From an uncultured Alistipes sp. (GTDB lineage: Bacteria; Bacteroidota; Bacteroidia; Bacteroidales; Rikenellaceae): a stretch of DNA of 64,000 nucleotides. How positions within the stretch are numbered: position 1 is the first letter of the stretch; each line of letters begins with the position of its first letter. Shown in pieces: positions 1-8,487 of the stretch. The translations under genes were made by a program, and so were the position numbers. The notes under the pieces were generated by a model. It searched no databases and had not been told where the DNA came from. It worked only from the letters and a program-made list of their open reading frames with translations. The stretch is taken from contig CAAGBI010000070.1 in assembly GCA_900768015.1 (NCBI GenBank), forward strand, positions 3,819 through 67,818, in the 5' to 3' direction.

Positions 1-1
1 T

Positions 2-64
2 GAGTATATCAAGGAGAATGACGCTAAGCGAGAGATGGATAAGGCGATGAAGAATCATAAATAA
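2..64 (+). CDS. smpB: SsrA-binding protein SmpB, 3' end only (partial)
   Basis: Frame from 2 reads EYIKENDAKREMDKAMKNHK*, resembling the SmpB C-terminal tail (IKExDxKRExxxAxK). Only 20 codons are visible. Confidence 0.7.
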   Translation, partial: EYIKENDAKREMDKAMKNHK

Positions 65-73
65 TAAGAGGAT

Positions 74-784
74 ATGGCACTTATACTTTCAATTGAGACA
101 GGTACAGATATTTGCTCGGTGGCTCTTGCTAACGATGGCGAGCTTATGGCACTTCGTGAGAGCGACGAGGGCCGTGACCACGCCAAGAAGGTGGCATTGT
201 TTGTCGACGAGCTTCTGCGTGAGACAGGTGTGCAACCCTCGGATATCGACGCTATAGCTGTGGGCAAGGGCCCTGGCTCGTATACTGGCTTGCGCATAGG
301 TGTATCATTTGCTAAGGGTATGTGCTATGCTCTGGGTATTCCGCTTATCGCCATTGGCTCGCTTGATGCCTTGACTGAGGTTGCTCGTGAGGACTTCGAG
401 GCGGGTATTCTTGATGTTGATGAGGAGGATTGGACACAGGCTAAGCTCTGCCCTATGGTCGATGCTCGCCGCATGGAGGTCTATGCTCAGGTCTTCAACG
501 TTGAGGGTAAGCCTGAGAGCGATGTTGTTGCCGAGGTGGTTACCGAGGAGAGCTTTAATGAGTGGCGTGCTAAGGGTAAGTTTGTTATCTTTGGCAACGG
601 CGCTAAGAAGTGCGCCGAGGTATTGCCCGATGCTATTATTGAGAGTGTTGTTCCTTCAGCACGAGGCATTGTACGCCTTGCTGAGGAGGCCTTCAATGCT
701 GGTAAGTTCGAGGATTTGGCATACTTCGAGCCATTCTACCTCAAGGACTTTATCGTTATCCCATCAAAGAAGAAACTTCTTTAA
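74..784 (+). CDS. tsaB: tRNA threonylcarbamoyladenosine biosynthesis protein TsaB
   Basis: ILSIETGT..CSVAL N-terminus, GKGPGSYTGLRIG, DARRMEVY and EPFYLK motifs. Confidence 0.95.
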   Translation: MALILSIETGTDICSVALANDGELMALRESDEGRDHAKKVALFVDELLRETGVQPSDIDAIAVGKGPGSYTGLRIGVSFAKGMCYALGIPLIAIGSLDALTEVAREDFEAGILDVDEEDWTQAKLCPMVDARRMEVYAQVFNVEGKPESDVVAEVVTEESFNEWRAKGKFVIFGNGAKKCAEVLPDAIIESVVPSARGIVRLAEEAFNAGKFEDLAYFEPFYLKDFIVIPSKKKLL

Positions 785-912
785 TTTGTTGTGATAAGTG
801 GCCATTCTTGGCCCATTGCTAAAAGTTGAGCACCCGAGGCTGTAGGTTTACTACTATCCTCGGGTGCTCACTTTTGCAATAGACCAAGCCTAACCCCTTC
901 TGACAACAAATT
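783..912. repeat. Long imperfect inverted repeat (~57-bp arms) between convergent tsaB and recN
   Basis: aatttgttgt...gagcacccgagg (783-839) pairs with cctcgggtgctca...acaacaaatt (858-912). Confidence 0.85.
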
Positions 913-967
913 GGATTCTATCTTGGTAGTGAGTAGTAACGAAAATATTACTCTTTACTAATTTATC

Positions 968-1043
968 TGTCATGTTGAGCCTTGGCGAAACATCTCTCAG
1001 GTGGTGCTAACCTCGAGATTCTGCACTCTCATTCAGGATGCCA
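968..1043. repeat. Degenerate REP-like palindromic element (TGTCAT...ATGACA type)
   Basis: tgtcatgttgagc..catctc ... gagattc..ttcaggatgcca, with imperfect self-complementary ends. Confidence 0.5.
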
Positions 1044-1115
1044 TACCATGAAATAGCGTCGCAGACACCTTACTTTTCACTTCTTATCTTTCACCTAAAA
1101 ATGAATCCTCTTGGG

Positions 1116-2756
1116 TTAGCCCAAGAGGATTTTTGCTTGTTTGCGTGCTGCGTCAGATATCTCGCTGCCGGACAACATTTTGGCAATCTCGTCGATGCGC
1201 TCGGCCTTTGTTAGGCGGCGGATATTGGTCTTGCCCTCGCTCTTATATACAACGAAGTGTGCGCCGCTCTTTGAGGCTACCTGTGGTAGGTGCGTGATGT
1301 CCACAACCTGCATCTTAGTAGCCATGTCGGCAATAATCTCGCCCATAGCGTCGGCAATGCGGCCCGAAACGCCAGTGTCAATCTCGTCAAAAATTACCGT
1401 AGGTAGCTTAATCTTCTCGACGAGTATCGCCTTGAGAGCCAGCATCACACGTGAGAGCTCGCCACCCGAGGCTATGCGCTCGATAGGTGCGGGCTTTGTG
1501 GTGCGGTTAGCCGTGAATAGGTAGGCGATGCTATCAGTGCCATTTGGAGTGAATGTATCGATAGGGGTTATTGACACCTCGAAGCGAGCATCCTCCATGC
1601 CCAACTTCTGAAGTATCGCAACAATCTTCTCCTCAAATGGTGCGCATACCTCCATACGTGCATCGTGAATCTTGGTTGCCACACTTCGGCACTCTGCCTC
1701 CAATGAGCTTATCTCCTCACGTTTTTTTAGTAGCTCTGTGTCGCTATTGTCAATAGATGCCAACCTTCGCTCAAACACCTCGGCCTTAGCCAAAAGGTCG
1801 TCGTAGGACTCGGCACGGTGCTTAATCTCGAGGGAGTAAATCGTATTTAGTCTGTCGCTTAGCTTCTGTAGCTTCTCGGGATCGGCATCTATGCTCTCGG
1901 CCTCGTCTGCGGCCGTTGCGCTGATGTCCTTAAGCTCCTCAATAACAGCGTGTAGACGCTCAGCAATAGTGTTGCCAGTAGGGTAGCTCTCGCCCATGGA
2001 CGATAGCTCACGCTCCGAGCGTGATAGCGCAACAAGTACACCCAACTCCTCATCATCGAGGACGTTGCGTAGTGTTGTTAGACTCTCACCAATGCGGTCT
2101 GAAGACTCTAGTATTGCGAGCTTCTGCTCGGTCTCTGCCTGCTCGTTCTCACGTAGCTTTACCGCACGAAACTCCTCGACGGTATAGCGTAGCCACTCCT
2201 CATCTTTGCGTGCCGCCTCCATTTCCGCCTCCATTTTGCTTAACTGAGAGCGTAGTGCTGTAAGACGGCTAAGAAGCGAAGAGTACTCCTCAAGCAAGGC
2301 CTCATTTGATGCGAGGGTATCAAGTGTCGCTGTGCGGAACTCCTCAGACGAGAGTATTAGGTTTTGGTGCTGCGAGTGAATATCTACGAGGCGAGAGCCA
2401 AGCTCCTTGAGCGTCGAAAGCTGCACGGGCATATCGCCCACAAACGAGCGGCTCTTGCCCGCAGGGGTGATGATGCGACGAATGGTTATATCGCTCTCGT
2501 AGTCGAGGTCGTTATCCTCGAAAATCTGCTCAAGGCCGTAGCCGTCAATAGAGAATGTGGCCTCGATAACGCAGTTTTTCGTGATATCCTTGGTTGCCTG
2601 ACCTTCGTTCTTTGCACCAAGCAGCATGCCCAAAGCACCCAAGAGAATAGACTTACCGGCACCTGTCTCACCAGTGATGATGTTCAGGTGCTCGTCCCAC
2701 TCGACGTGCAACGACTCGATAAGGGCGTAATTCTCTATGGTTAGGCTCTTTAGCAT
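1116..2756 (-). CDS. recN: DNA repair protein RecN
   Basis: ITGETGAGKS Walker A, coiled coil, ASGGELSR signature, IFDEIDTG Walker B, ITHLPQVA. Confidence 0.97.
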   Translation of the reverse strand: MLKSLTIENYALIESLHVEWDEHLNIITGETGAGKSILLGALGMLLGAKNEGQATKDITKNCVIEATFSIDGYGLEQIFEDNDLDYESDITIRRIITPAGKSRSFVGDMPVQLSTLKELGSRLVDIHSQHQNLILSSEEFRTATLDTLASNEALLEEYSSLLSRLTALRSQLSKMEAEMEAARKDEEWLRYTVEEFRAVKLRENEQAETEQKLAILESSDRIGESLTTLRNVLDDEELGVLVALSRSERELSSMGESYPTGNTIAERLHAVIEELKDISATAADEAESIDADPEKLQKLSDRLNTIYSLEIKHRAESYDDLLAKAEVFERRLASIDNSDTELLKKREEISSLEAECRSVATKIHDARMEVCAPFEEKIVAILQKLGMEDARFEVSITPIDTFTPNGTDSIAYLFTANRTTKPAPIERIASGGELSRVMLALKAILVEKIKLPTVIFDEIDTGVSGRIADAMGEIIADMATKMQVVDITHLPQVASKSGAHFVVYKSEGKTNIRRLTKAERIDEIAKMLSGSEISDAARKQAKILLG

Positions 2757-2762
2757 TTGAAA

Positions 2763-3980
2763 TTATTTGAGTGTTTCTATCTTGTCGACAATCACGGCTG
2801 CTGCCTCTCGCTTGCTCATTAGCGGGTGCTCAGTAGCTTTCTCTCTGTCGATGATTGTTATCTTATTAGTATCGCCACGGAAGCCTGCGCCAGCGTCACG
2901 TAGCGAGTTGAGAACAACAAAGTCGAGGTTTTTGCGCTCAAGTTTACCCTGAGCATTTGCCTCCTCGTTGTCGGTCTCGAGGGCGAAGCCGACAAGAACT
3001 CTGCCCCCCTTGTTTGCGCCAAGCTCCTTAGCGATATCCTTTGTGCGACGAAGCTCGATGCGCATGTCGTCGTCCGACTTCTTGAGCTTGCGGTCAGCAA
3101 CTGTTACAGGGGTGTAGTCGGCAACGGCAGCACACATAACAGCGCCATCAGCCTCTCCCCACTCCTTAACTGCGGCATTGTACATATCCTCAGCCGAGAG
3201 TGTGTCGATGCGCTCAACGCCCTGAGGTGTGGGTAGGGTGGTGCGACCACTGATGAGCTTAACCTCGGCACCACGACTTGCCAGCTCCTCGGCAATGGCA
3301 TAACCCATCTTGCCCGTAGAGTGGTTGGTAATGTAGCGCACTGGGTCGATAGGCTCGATTGTAGCGCCCGCCGTTACGATGTAGCGCTTACCCTCTAACG
3401 TCTTTTTTTTTTCGCCCTCAGCAAAGATTGTCTTTACCTGCTCAACGATATCTTCAGGCTCAGCCATGCGGCCCTTGCCTACCAAGCCACTTGCAAGCTC
3501 GCCAGCTGCGGGCTCGATGATAGCCACGCCACGCTCCTTGAGTGTTGCGAGGTTCTGCTGTGTGGTGATGTGGGCATACATGTCGAGGTCCATAGCAGGT
3601 GCTACGGCAACCTTCGAGCGTGCCGAGAGGTAGGTTGTAAGCAGAAGATTATCTGCAATGCCCGTTGTCATCTTAGCTAAGGTGTTGGCAGTGGCAGGTG
3701 CTATAAGTAGCATGTCGGCCCACTCTCCAAGCGACACGTGAGAGTTCCACTCGCCATTCTCGGGGTTGAAGAACTCGACGAGGATAGGGTGCTTCGAGAG
3801 CGTAGCCATGGTTAGTGGCGTGATAAACTGCTTGGCAAGAGGTGTCATGATAACACGTACCTCTGCACCCTCCTTCACTAAAAGACGGCACAGCATAGCC
3901 GCCTTGTAAGCTGCTATGCTGCCTGTAATACCGAGTATTATGTGTTTTCCGTTTAGCATTATACGATGCTTTATGGTCAC
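2763..3980 (-). CDS. coaBC: Bifunctional phosphopantothenoylcysteine decarboxylase/synthetase CoaBC
   Basis: GITGSIAAYK, APATANT, PAMD, GKGRMAEP (CoaC); VTAGAT.E.IDPVRYITNHSTGKMG, AAVADY, VGFALET (CoaB). The true start may be the second Met (3959). Confidence 0.97.
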   Translation of the reverse strand: MTIKHRIMLNGKHIILGITGSIAAYKAAMLCRLLVKEGAEVRVIMTPLAKQFITPLTMATLSKHPILVEFFNPENGEWNSHVSLGEWADMLLIAPATANTLAKMTTGIADNLLLTTYLSARSKVAVAPAMDLDMYAHITTQQNLATLKERGVAIIEPAAGELASGLVGKGRMAEPEDIVEQVKTIFAEGEKKKTLEGKRYIVTAGATIEPIDPVRYITNHSTGKMGYAIAEELASRGAEVKLISGRTTLPTPQGVERIDTLSAEDMYNAAVKEWGEADGAVMCAAVADYTPVTVADRKLKKSDDDMRIELRRTKDIAKELGANKGGRVLVGFALETDNEEANAQGKLERKNLDFVVLNSLRDAGAGFRGDTNKITIIDREKATEHPLMSKREAAAVIVDKIETLK

Positions 3981-4001
3981 TCTATGTTGCGACCGATACC
4001 A

Positions 4002-4322
4002 CTATTTCTCCTGACCGTGACGGAAGCTCACCTCGCCGTCGAGGAACTCCTCAGTAGCGATGATTGCTGGCTTTGGAAGACGCTCGTAGTAGCGTGAAAT
4101 CTCAATCTGCTCACGGTTCTCGAAGGTCTCCTCTACAGAGTTGTCTGATGGTGTCGAGAAGTCTGCAAGCTTGCGGTTAATCTCTGCCTTAAGCTCTGTA
4201 GCAATCTGGTTAGCACGACGTGCAATGATGTTGATGCTCTCGTAGATGTTGCCTGTTGGGGTGTCGAGGTCAACTAACTTGCGAGTAATTGTGTTGCTGG
4301 GAATGTTCTTCTTAATCTCCAT
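4002..4322 (-). CDS. rpoZ: RNA polymerase omega subunit (Bacteroidota type)
   Basis: TGNIYES..IIARRANQI...EQIEISRYYERLPKP; conserved bamD-rpoZ-coaBC order. Confidence 0.9.
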   Translation of the reverse strand: MEIKKNIPSNTITRKLVDLDTPTGNIYESINIIARRANQIATELKAEINRKLADFSTPSDNSVEETFENREQIEISRYYERLPKPAIIATEEFLDGEVSFRHGQEK

Positions 4323-4364
4323 AGCCTATATTGTGTTATTCGTTATTTTATTCTTTGTTGTGTG

Positions 4365-5177
4365 CTACTCTGTCTTGCGGTTCTTGTCGATAAAGTCTCG
4401 AGTGTGCTCTGCGATGTTGTCGAGCTCGCGCTTATGCTTCGACTCGGGATACTCGGCAATAAATGAGTAGTAGTAGTCGAGTGTTGCAAGGTATCTGTCC
4501 ATCTGTTTCGACTCGATTGAGTTTGCTGCAAGGCGGTACGCCGCTACTGTGGTGTAGTACATTATCTCCTCCTTGCGTGGCGACTCGGGATACTGCTTTA
4601 GCGAGTTCTTGAATGCTACGATTGCCGACTTGTACTTGCCAATCTTGAAGTAGGTGTAGGCATTTAGGTAGCTCTTCTCCATTAGTCGCTCTGTGAGTGT
4701 TTGTAGCATCTCCTCAAACTCTGGCATCTTCTCCGACTCGGGGTATCGTGACATAAACTCTGTTATGGCGATAATTGCCTGAGTTGTTCCCGACTGATCT
4801 CGTTGAGGCTCGGGCGAGAGGTAGAAGTAGCATAGCGCATACATTCCCTCGGCATCCTCGATAAAAGGACTGCGACCAAACTTCTTGCGGAAGTCATCAA
4901 GCATAGTCGCTGCCTCGTCGTAATTGCGGTCCTTGAACTTGCAGTGTGCGTTGTAGAACGATAGCGAGTCCTCACGTGGCGAGCCCATGTAGATATGGCG
5001 GCATGCCGAGAATAGGTCAGATGCCTGCTTCCACTTCTCCTGCTCATATAGCACGAGGGCCTGCTCGTAGGCATAATCAGGATCGTTTGTCTTGAGTGTT
5101 TTGGTTACAACATCGCATGACGATACCATGATTACAACTGCTACAATAGCTACTATGTATGATAAAAGACGCTTCAT
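4365..5177 (-). CDS. bamD: Outer membrane protein assembly factor BamD (lipoprotein)
   Basis: Lipobox VSSC, TPR-like helices, LSP..xDQS.T..AI motif; located upstream of rpoZ. Confidence 0.9.
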   Translation of the reverse strand: MKRLLSYIVAIVAVVIMVSSCDVVTKTLKTNDPDYAYEQALVLYEQEKWKQASDLFSACRHIYMGSPREDSLSFYNAHCKFKDRNYDEAATMLDDFRKKFGRSPFIEDAEGMYALCYFYLSPEPQRDQSGTTQAIIAITEFMSRYPESEKMPEFEEMLQTLTERLMEKSYLNAYTYFKIGKYKSAIVAFKNSLKQYPESPRKEEIMYYTTVAAYRLAANSIESKQMDRYLATLDYYYSFIAEYPESKHKRELDNIAEHTRDFIDKNRKTE

Positions 5178-5215
5178 TATTCCTTTTCTCTTTTTCGCTT
5201 ATGTACATAAGCGCA

Positions 5216-5223
5216 CAAAGTTA
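5216..5223 (-). promoter_or_regulatory. Bacteroidota sigma70 -7 element for the bamD-rpoZ-coaBC-recN operon
   Basis: TAACTTTG on the minus strand, 39 nt upstream of the bamD start. Confidence 0.7.
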
Positions 5224-5293
5224 CACAAAATTTTTTAATAAACGATAATCATCTGTAAATTATTATTTATTAAATAATAAAGTTTTTTTGGTT

Positions 5294-5436
5294 GGGGAGT
5301 GGGGAAGATAGGGAAGATAGGGCGAGGGTATCATAGCCTCATCGACGCTATTAAGCGCAGCGCTCCCATCACCCTCATCAAGCGCAGCGCCTCCCTAAAT
5401 TCCCTAATTTCCCTAAGCTCCCTGTCCACCCTAATC
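5294..5436. repeat. Intergenic degenerate 9-bp-period tandem repeat region
   Basis: gggaagata x2 (5302-5319); aagcgcagcgc x2, 27 bp apart (5353, 5380); tccctaaat/tccctaatt/tccctaagc/tccctgtcc/accctaatc (5392-5436). Confidence 0.75.
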
Positions 5437-5452
5437 CCAGTGCAACCGGCAC

Positions 5453-5500
5453 AAAAAAAAACTCCGAATAAGCTGTACATGATGTACTGCTCATTCGGAG
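5453..5500 (-). terminator. Intrinsic terminator of rpsF-rpsR-rplI
   Basis: ctccgaat...attcggag stem followed by a U9 tract on the minus strand. Confidence 0.75.
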
Positions 5501-5538
5501 CTAATTAGTTGAACGATAGTGCGTTCTATTGACTGAAA

Positions 5539-5976
5539 TTACTCAGCAACTACTGCAAACTTGATAGTAGCCTTAACCTCGCGGTGAAGCTTAGCAACAG
5601 CCTCAAACTCACCAAGAGTCTTAACTGAGTCAACAGTGATGTTCTTGCGGTCAACCTCGATACCCTTCTCCTGAAGTGCTGCAGCAAGGTCAGCAGCTGT
5701 AACAGCACCGAAGATCTTCTCCTCCTCAGCCTTAGCTGTGATAGTGAGGTGAAGGTTTGAGATTGTCTCTGCCAATGCCTGAGCGTCTGCAAGAATCTTA
5801 GCGTCCTTGTGAGCACGCTGACGAAGGTTTTCAGCAAGTACCTTCTTTGCAGAAGCTGTAGCAGCCTTAGCAAAACCCTGAGGAATCAAGTAGTTGTTGG
5901 CATAGCCAGGACGTACGTTAACGATGTCGTTTGCGTAGCCCAAGTTCTCTACGTCTTTGATAAGAATTACTTCCAT
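5539..5976 (-). CDS. rplI: 50S ribosomal protein L9
   Basis: MEVILIKDVENLG..DIVNVRPGYANNYLIPQG; IFGAVT; LHREV. Confidence 0.98.
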   Translation of the reverse strand: MEVILIKDVENLGYANDIVNVRPGYANNYLIPQGFAKAATASAKKVLAENLRQRAHKDAKILADAQALAETISNLHLTITAKAEEEKIFGAVTAADLAAALQEKGIEVDRKNITVDSVKTLGEFEAVAKLHREVKATIKFAVVAE

Positions 5977-5994
5977 AGTCTTTCCTCCTCTTTA

Positions 5995-6276
5995 TTATTT
6001 CATACAATCGGTTACGAATGGAAGGATTGCAAGGTGACGAGCACGCTTAACAGCCTGAGCAACCTTCTTCTGGAACTTCTGAGAAGTACCTGTGAGGCGA
6101 CGTGGCAAAATCTTACCCTGCTCGTTGAGGAACTTCTTCAAGAACTCACCGTCCTTATAATCTACGTACTTGATGCCGAGCTTCTTAAAGCGGCAGTACT
6201 TCTTCTTCTTTACGTCTACTGATACTGGGTTGAGATAACGGATCTCTGATGCACCCTGCTGTGTGTTCTCTGCCAT
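5995..6276 (-). CDS. rpsR: 30S ribosomal protein S18
   Basis: [25 protein letters not shown]...[13 protein letters not shown]. Confidence 0.98.
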   Translation of the reverse strand: MAENTQQGASEIRYLNPVSVDVKKKKYCRFKKLGIKYVDYKDGEFLKKFLNEQGKILPRRLTGTSQKFQKKVAQAVKRARHLAILPFVTDCMK

Positions 6277-6278
6277 GA

Positions 6279-6626
6279 TTACTCCTCCTGTGATTTGTTA
6301 GCAAGCTTAGCGCGACGCTTCTGAGAGTACTCAACAGCGAACTTGTCCTGCTTGAAAGTTAGGAAACGAATGATGCGCTCATCGCGACGATACTGTGTCT
6401 CGAGAGTGTTGATGATTGAGCCCTCACCAGTGAACTCTACAAGGAAGTAGAAACCAGTGGTCTTCTTCTGAATAGGATAAGCGAGCTTCTTAAGGCCCCA
6501 GTTCTCCATATTCACAATCTGACCGCCGTTCTCGGTGATTACGCCCTGGAATTTGTCAGCAACCTCCTTTACCTGTGCGTCTGAAAGGACGGGAGTGACA
6601 ATGAAAACGGTTTCGTAATTGTTCAT
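6279..6626 (-). CDS. rpsF: 30S ribosomal protein S6
   Basis: [32 protein letters not shown]. Confidence 0.98.
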   Translation of the reverse strand: MNNYETVFIVTPVLSDAQVKEVADKFQGVITENGGQIVNMENWGLKKLAYPIQKKTTGFYFLVEFTGEGSIINTLETQYRRDERIIRFLTFKQDKFAVEYSQKRRAKLANKSQEE

Positions 6627-6665
6627 ACGTTTAAAAAATTAATTGGTTTTTTGCATAATGCGGTG

Positions 6666-6673
6666 CAAAGGTA
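6666..6673 (-). promoter_or_regulatory. -7 promoter element for rpsF operon
   Basis: TACCTTTG on the minus strand, ~40 nt upstream of rpsF. Confidence 0.7.
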
Positions 6674-6718
6674 GTAATTATTTTTTAACTTACAATACAT
6701 CAGACAAATATTTTAACT

Positions 6719-6753
6719 AAAAAAACTACTGCAAATTTTAGCAGTAGCTTTTT
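6719..6753 (-). terminator. Terminator after rubredoxin
   Basis: ctactgc...gcagtag stem flanked by A and T tracts. Confidence 0.65.
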
Positions 6754-6758
6754 GGGGG

Positions 6759-6917
6759 TTACATCTCCTCGAATACATCTTTGCCTAAGCCACACAACGG
6801 GCATGCATAGTCGTAGGGTAGCTCCTCAAATGGGGTGCCTGGTGCTATGCCATTCTCCGGCTCACCCAATTCGGGATCATATACATAGTTACATGCTGTG
6901 CATACATACTTTTTCAT
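6759..6917 (-). CDS. Rubredoxin
   Basis: [16 protein letters not shown]...[19 protein letters not shown] (two CxxC motifs); start reassigned to the ATG at 6917 (6923 also possible). Confidence 0.93.
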   Translation of the reverse strand: MKKYVCTACNYVYDPELGEPENGIAPGTPFEELPYDYACPLCGLGKDVFEEM

Positions 6918-6990
6918 ACTCATAGGCTTTTTGTTATACATATTATATATATAGTATCGCAATAACACTGCCAGAGTTTATGTGTGATGC

Positions 6991-7030
6991 AAAAAAAAGG
7001 GCTATCCACTATGGATAGCCCATCTTTTTT
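6991..7030 (-). terminator. Terminator after secG
   Basis: gggctatcca/tggatagccc perfect stem with an A8 tract on the left and a T tract on the right. Confidence 0.8.
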
Positions 7031-7054
7031 GTAAGGTGTTTGTTTGCCTAATGC

Positions 7055-7429
7055 TTACTCAGCAGCAGGAGTCTCAACCTCAGCCTCAGCAGCAACCTCA
7101 GCCTCAGCCTCTACTGTAGCGCCCTCAGCAGGGATCTCGATAACAGTAGGCTCTGCAACAACCTCCTTTGACTCAACAACAGGGTTGAATGCGTTCTCAG
7201 AGCTCTTCTCTGAAGGCATTGCAGTCACTGAAAGGAGTGTGAACAATACGATAGCAGCCACCATAGCCCATGTGAACTTCTCGAGGAAGTCAGAGGTCTG
7301 GCGAACACCCATAGTCTGGTTTGCAGCACCAAAGTTAGCAGCCATGCCGCTCTTAGGAGCCTGAACCAATACAGCAAGTATCAACAAGACACTTGCGATA
7401 GCAATCATGATAATGCAAAAAGTATACAT
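7055..7429 (-). CDS. secG: Preprotein translocase subunit SecG with acidic C-terminal tail
   Basis: TM-VLVQAPKSGMAANFG..MGVRQTSDFLEKFTW-TM. Confidence 0.93.
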   Translation of the reverse strand: MYTFCIIMIAIASVLLILAVLVQAPKSGMAANFGAANQTMGVRQTSDFLEKFTWAMVAAIVLFTLLSVTAMPSEKSSENAFNPVVESKEVVAEPTVIEIPAEGATVEAEAEVAAEAEVETPAAE

Positions 7430-7454
7430 AGTTTACAAAATTAATTTTTCTATG

Positions 7455-7940
7455 TTATTTATTTTCTAATTTTTCTTCAATCTTCGCAATTAACCCCGCA
7501 AAGTAAATACTTTTTTCTGAATTTAGCAAACTTAATTTGCGATAAGTGTCAATTGCCTCGTTATAAAGCCCCTGATTTAGGTATATCTCTGCCAATTCTT
7601 CGCTTACAATGTCGTCAGTATCGTCAATTTCTACCACTGAGATATCGTCGGCATCGCCCTCTTCGGCGCTGATGCGTAGGTTGTCCAAGGTCAAGAACTT
7701 GTCGATAAGCTCATCGTGGCTTAGCGAGGTAAGCGTTGTTAGGTCAATATCGTAGCGGGCGAGTGCTCCTGTAGGGTGGAGCATGGCCATAAGCTGCGTT
7801 GCAGGCTTGCACTTTGAGCCCTTGGAGCGGTATAGGCGTAGATGTGCAGCACTCCACCATGGGTAGCGTGCCACAATCTGTTCGATGTCGTTGTCGCTAA
7901 CATCGATGTTTTTGTAGATTATGTCGTTAAATGATGCCAT
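7455..7940 (-). CDS. Conserved Bacteroidota protein with C-terminal TPR
   Basis: IVSEELAEIYLNQGLYNEAIDTYRKLSL..EKSIYFA C-terminus; family typically lies between lptE and secG. Confidence 0.75.
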   Translation of the reverse strand: MASFNDIIYKNIDVSDNDIEQIVARYPWWSAAHLRLYRSKGSKCKPATQLMAMLHPTGALARYDIDLTTLTSLSHDELIDKFLTLDNLRISAEEGDADDISVVEIDDTDDIVSEELAEIYLNQGLYNEAIDTYRKLSLLNSEKSIYFAGLIAKIEEKLENK

Positions 7941-7941
7941 A

Positions 7942-8487
7942 TTACCAGTTGCCGGCTGCGGCCATATAAATATCGTTTACAAGAGCCTCAACAATCTCTT
8001 CAATGAGCTGGTCTTGTACGTCGATGAGTAGCTGCGAGGAGTCGTAGTCGGCATACGATGAGAAGGTCTTGTTGTTAAACGATACTGTCTGGTCAACAGC
8101 ATTTTGGAAGTTTACTCTAACGGTTATCGTCAATCGGTTTTGTAGGGCATAGTCGCCACTCGATACCGACGCTGTTGTTGACGTGTAGTTGGTAATCTCG
8201 CCCTCGAAGGCAAAGTCGCCACCCTCCTCAACCTGCTGAAGACGTGTCTGTCGTGAGAACTTATCACGTAGTCCCTCGGTAAGCACGTTGCTGAGCGTTG
8301 GCGCAACCATTGGTGCGTTATTCGGGAAGTATGCCACTGAGAAGGTCTTAGCCTCGGGAGGAATAGAACCACCCGATAGGTTGTATGTTACCTTGTAGCC
8401 ACAGCTTATGCTTATAAGAGAGATAAGCGCAACTATAACGAGTCGTAAAAATATGTTGTGTCGTGCCATATTACTTAATATTTTCAT
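7942..8487 (-). CDS. lptE: LPS assembly lipoprotein LptE family
   Basis: Lipobox SISC; YNLSGGSIP..AKTFSV.YFPNNAP; NRLTITVRV; LVNDIY...NW. The start may be the second Met (8469). Confidence 0.85.
   Translation of the reverse strand: MKILSNMARHNIFLRLVIVALISLISISCGYKVTYNLSGGSIPPEAKTFSVAYFPNNAPMVAPTLSNVLTEGLRDKFSRQTRLQQVEEGGDFAFEGEITNYTSTTASVSSGDYALQNRLTITVRVNFQNAVDQTVSFNNKTFSSYADYDSSQLLIDVQDQLIEEIVEALVNDIYMAAAGNW

Noticed and set aside
1722..1728. A7 run in recN (CTA AAA AAA CGT GAG) with a -1-frame TGA immediately after
   Set aside because: The run is short, lies mid coiled-coil and would yield a half ATPase. Similar A7-A8 runs occur in the AddA-like gene, so chance is sufficient.
5294..5436. 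Possible CRISPR array, or the 69-aa ORF at 5299-5508
   Set aside because: Units are 9 bp with no unique spacers and no cas genes. The ORF is a by-product of the repeat and runs through a terminator.
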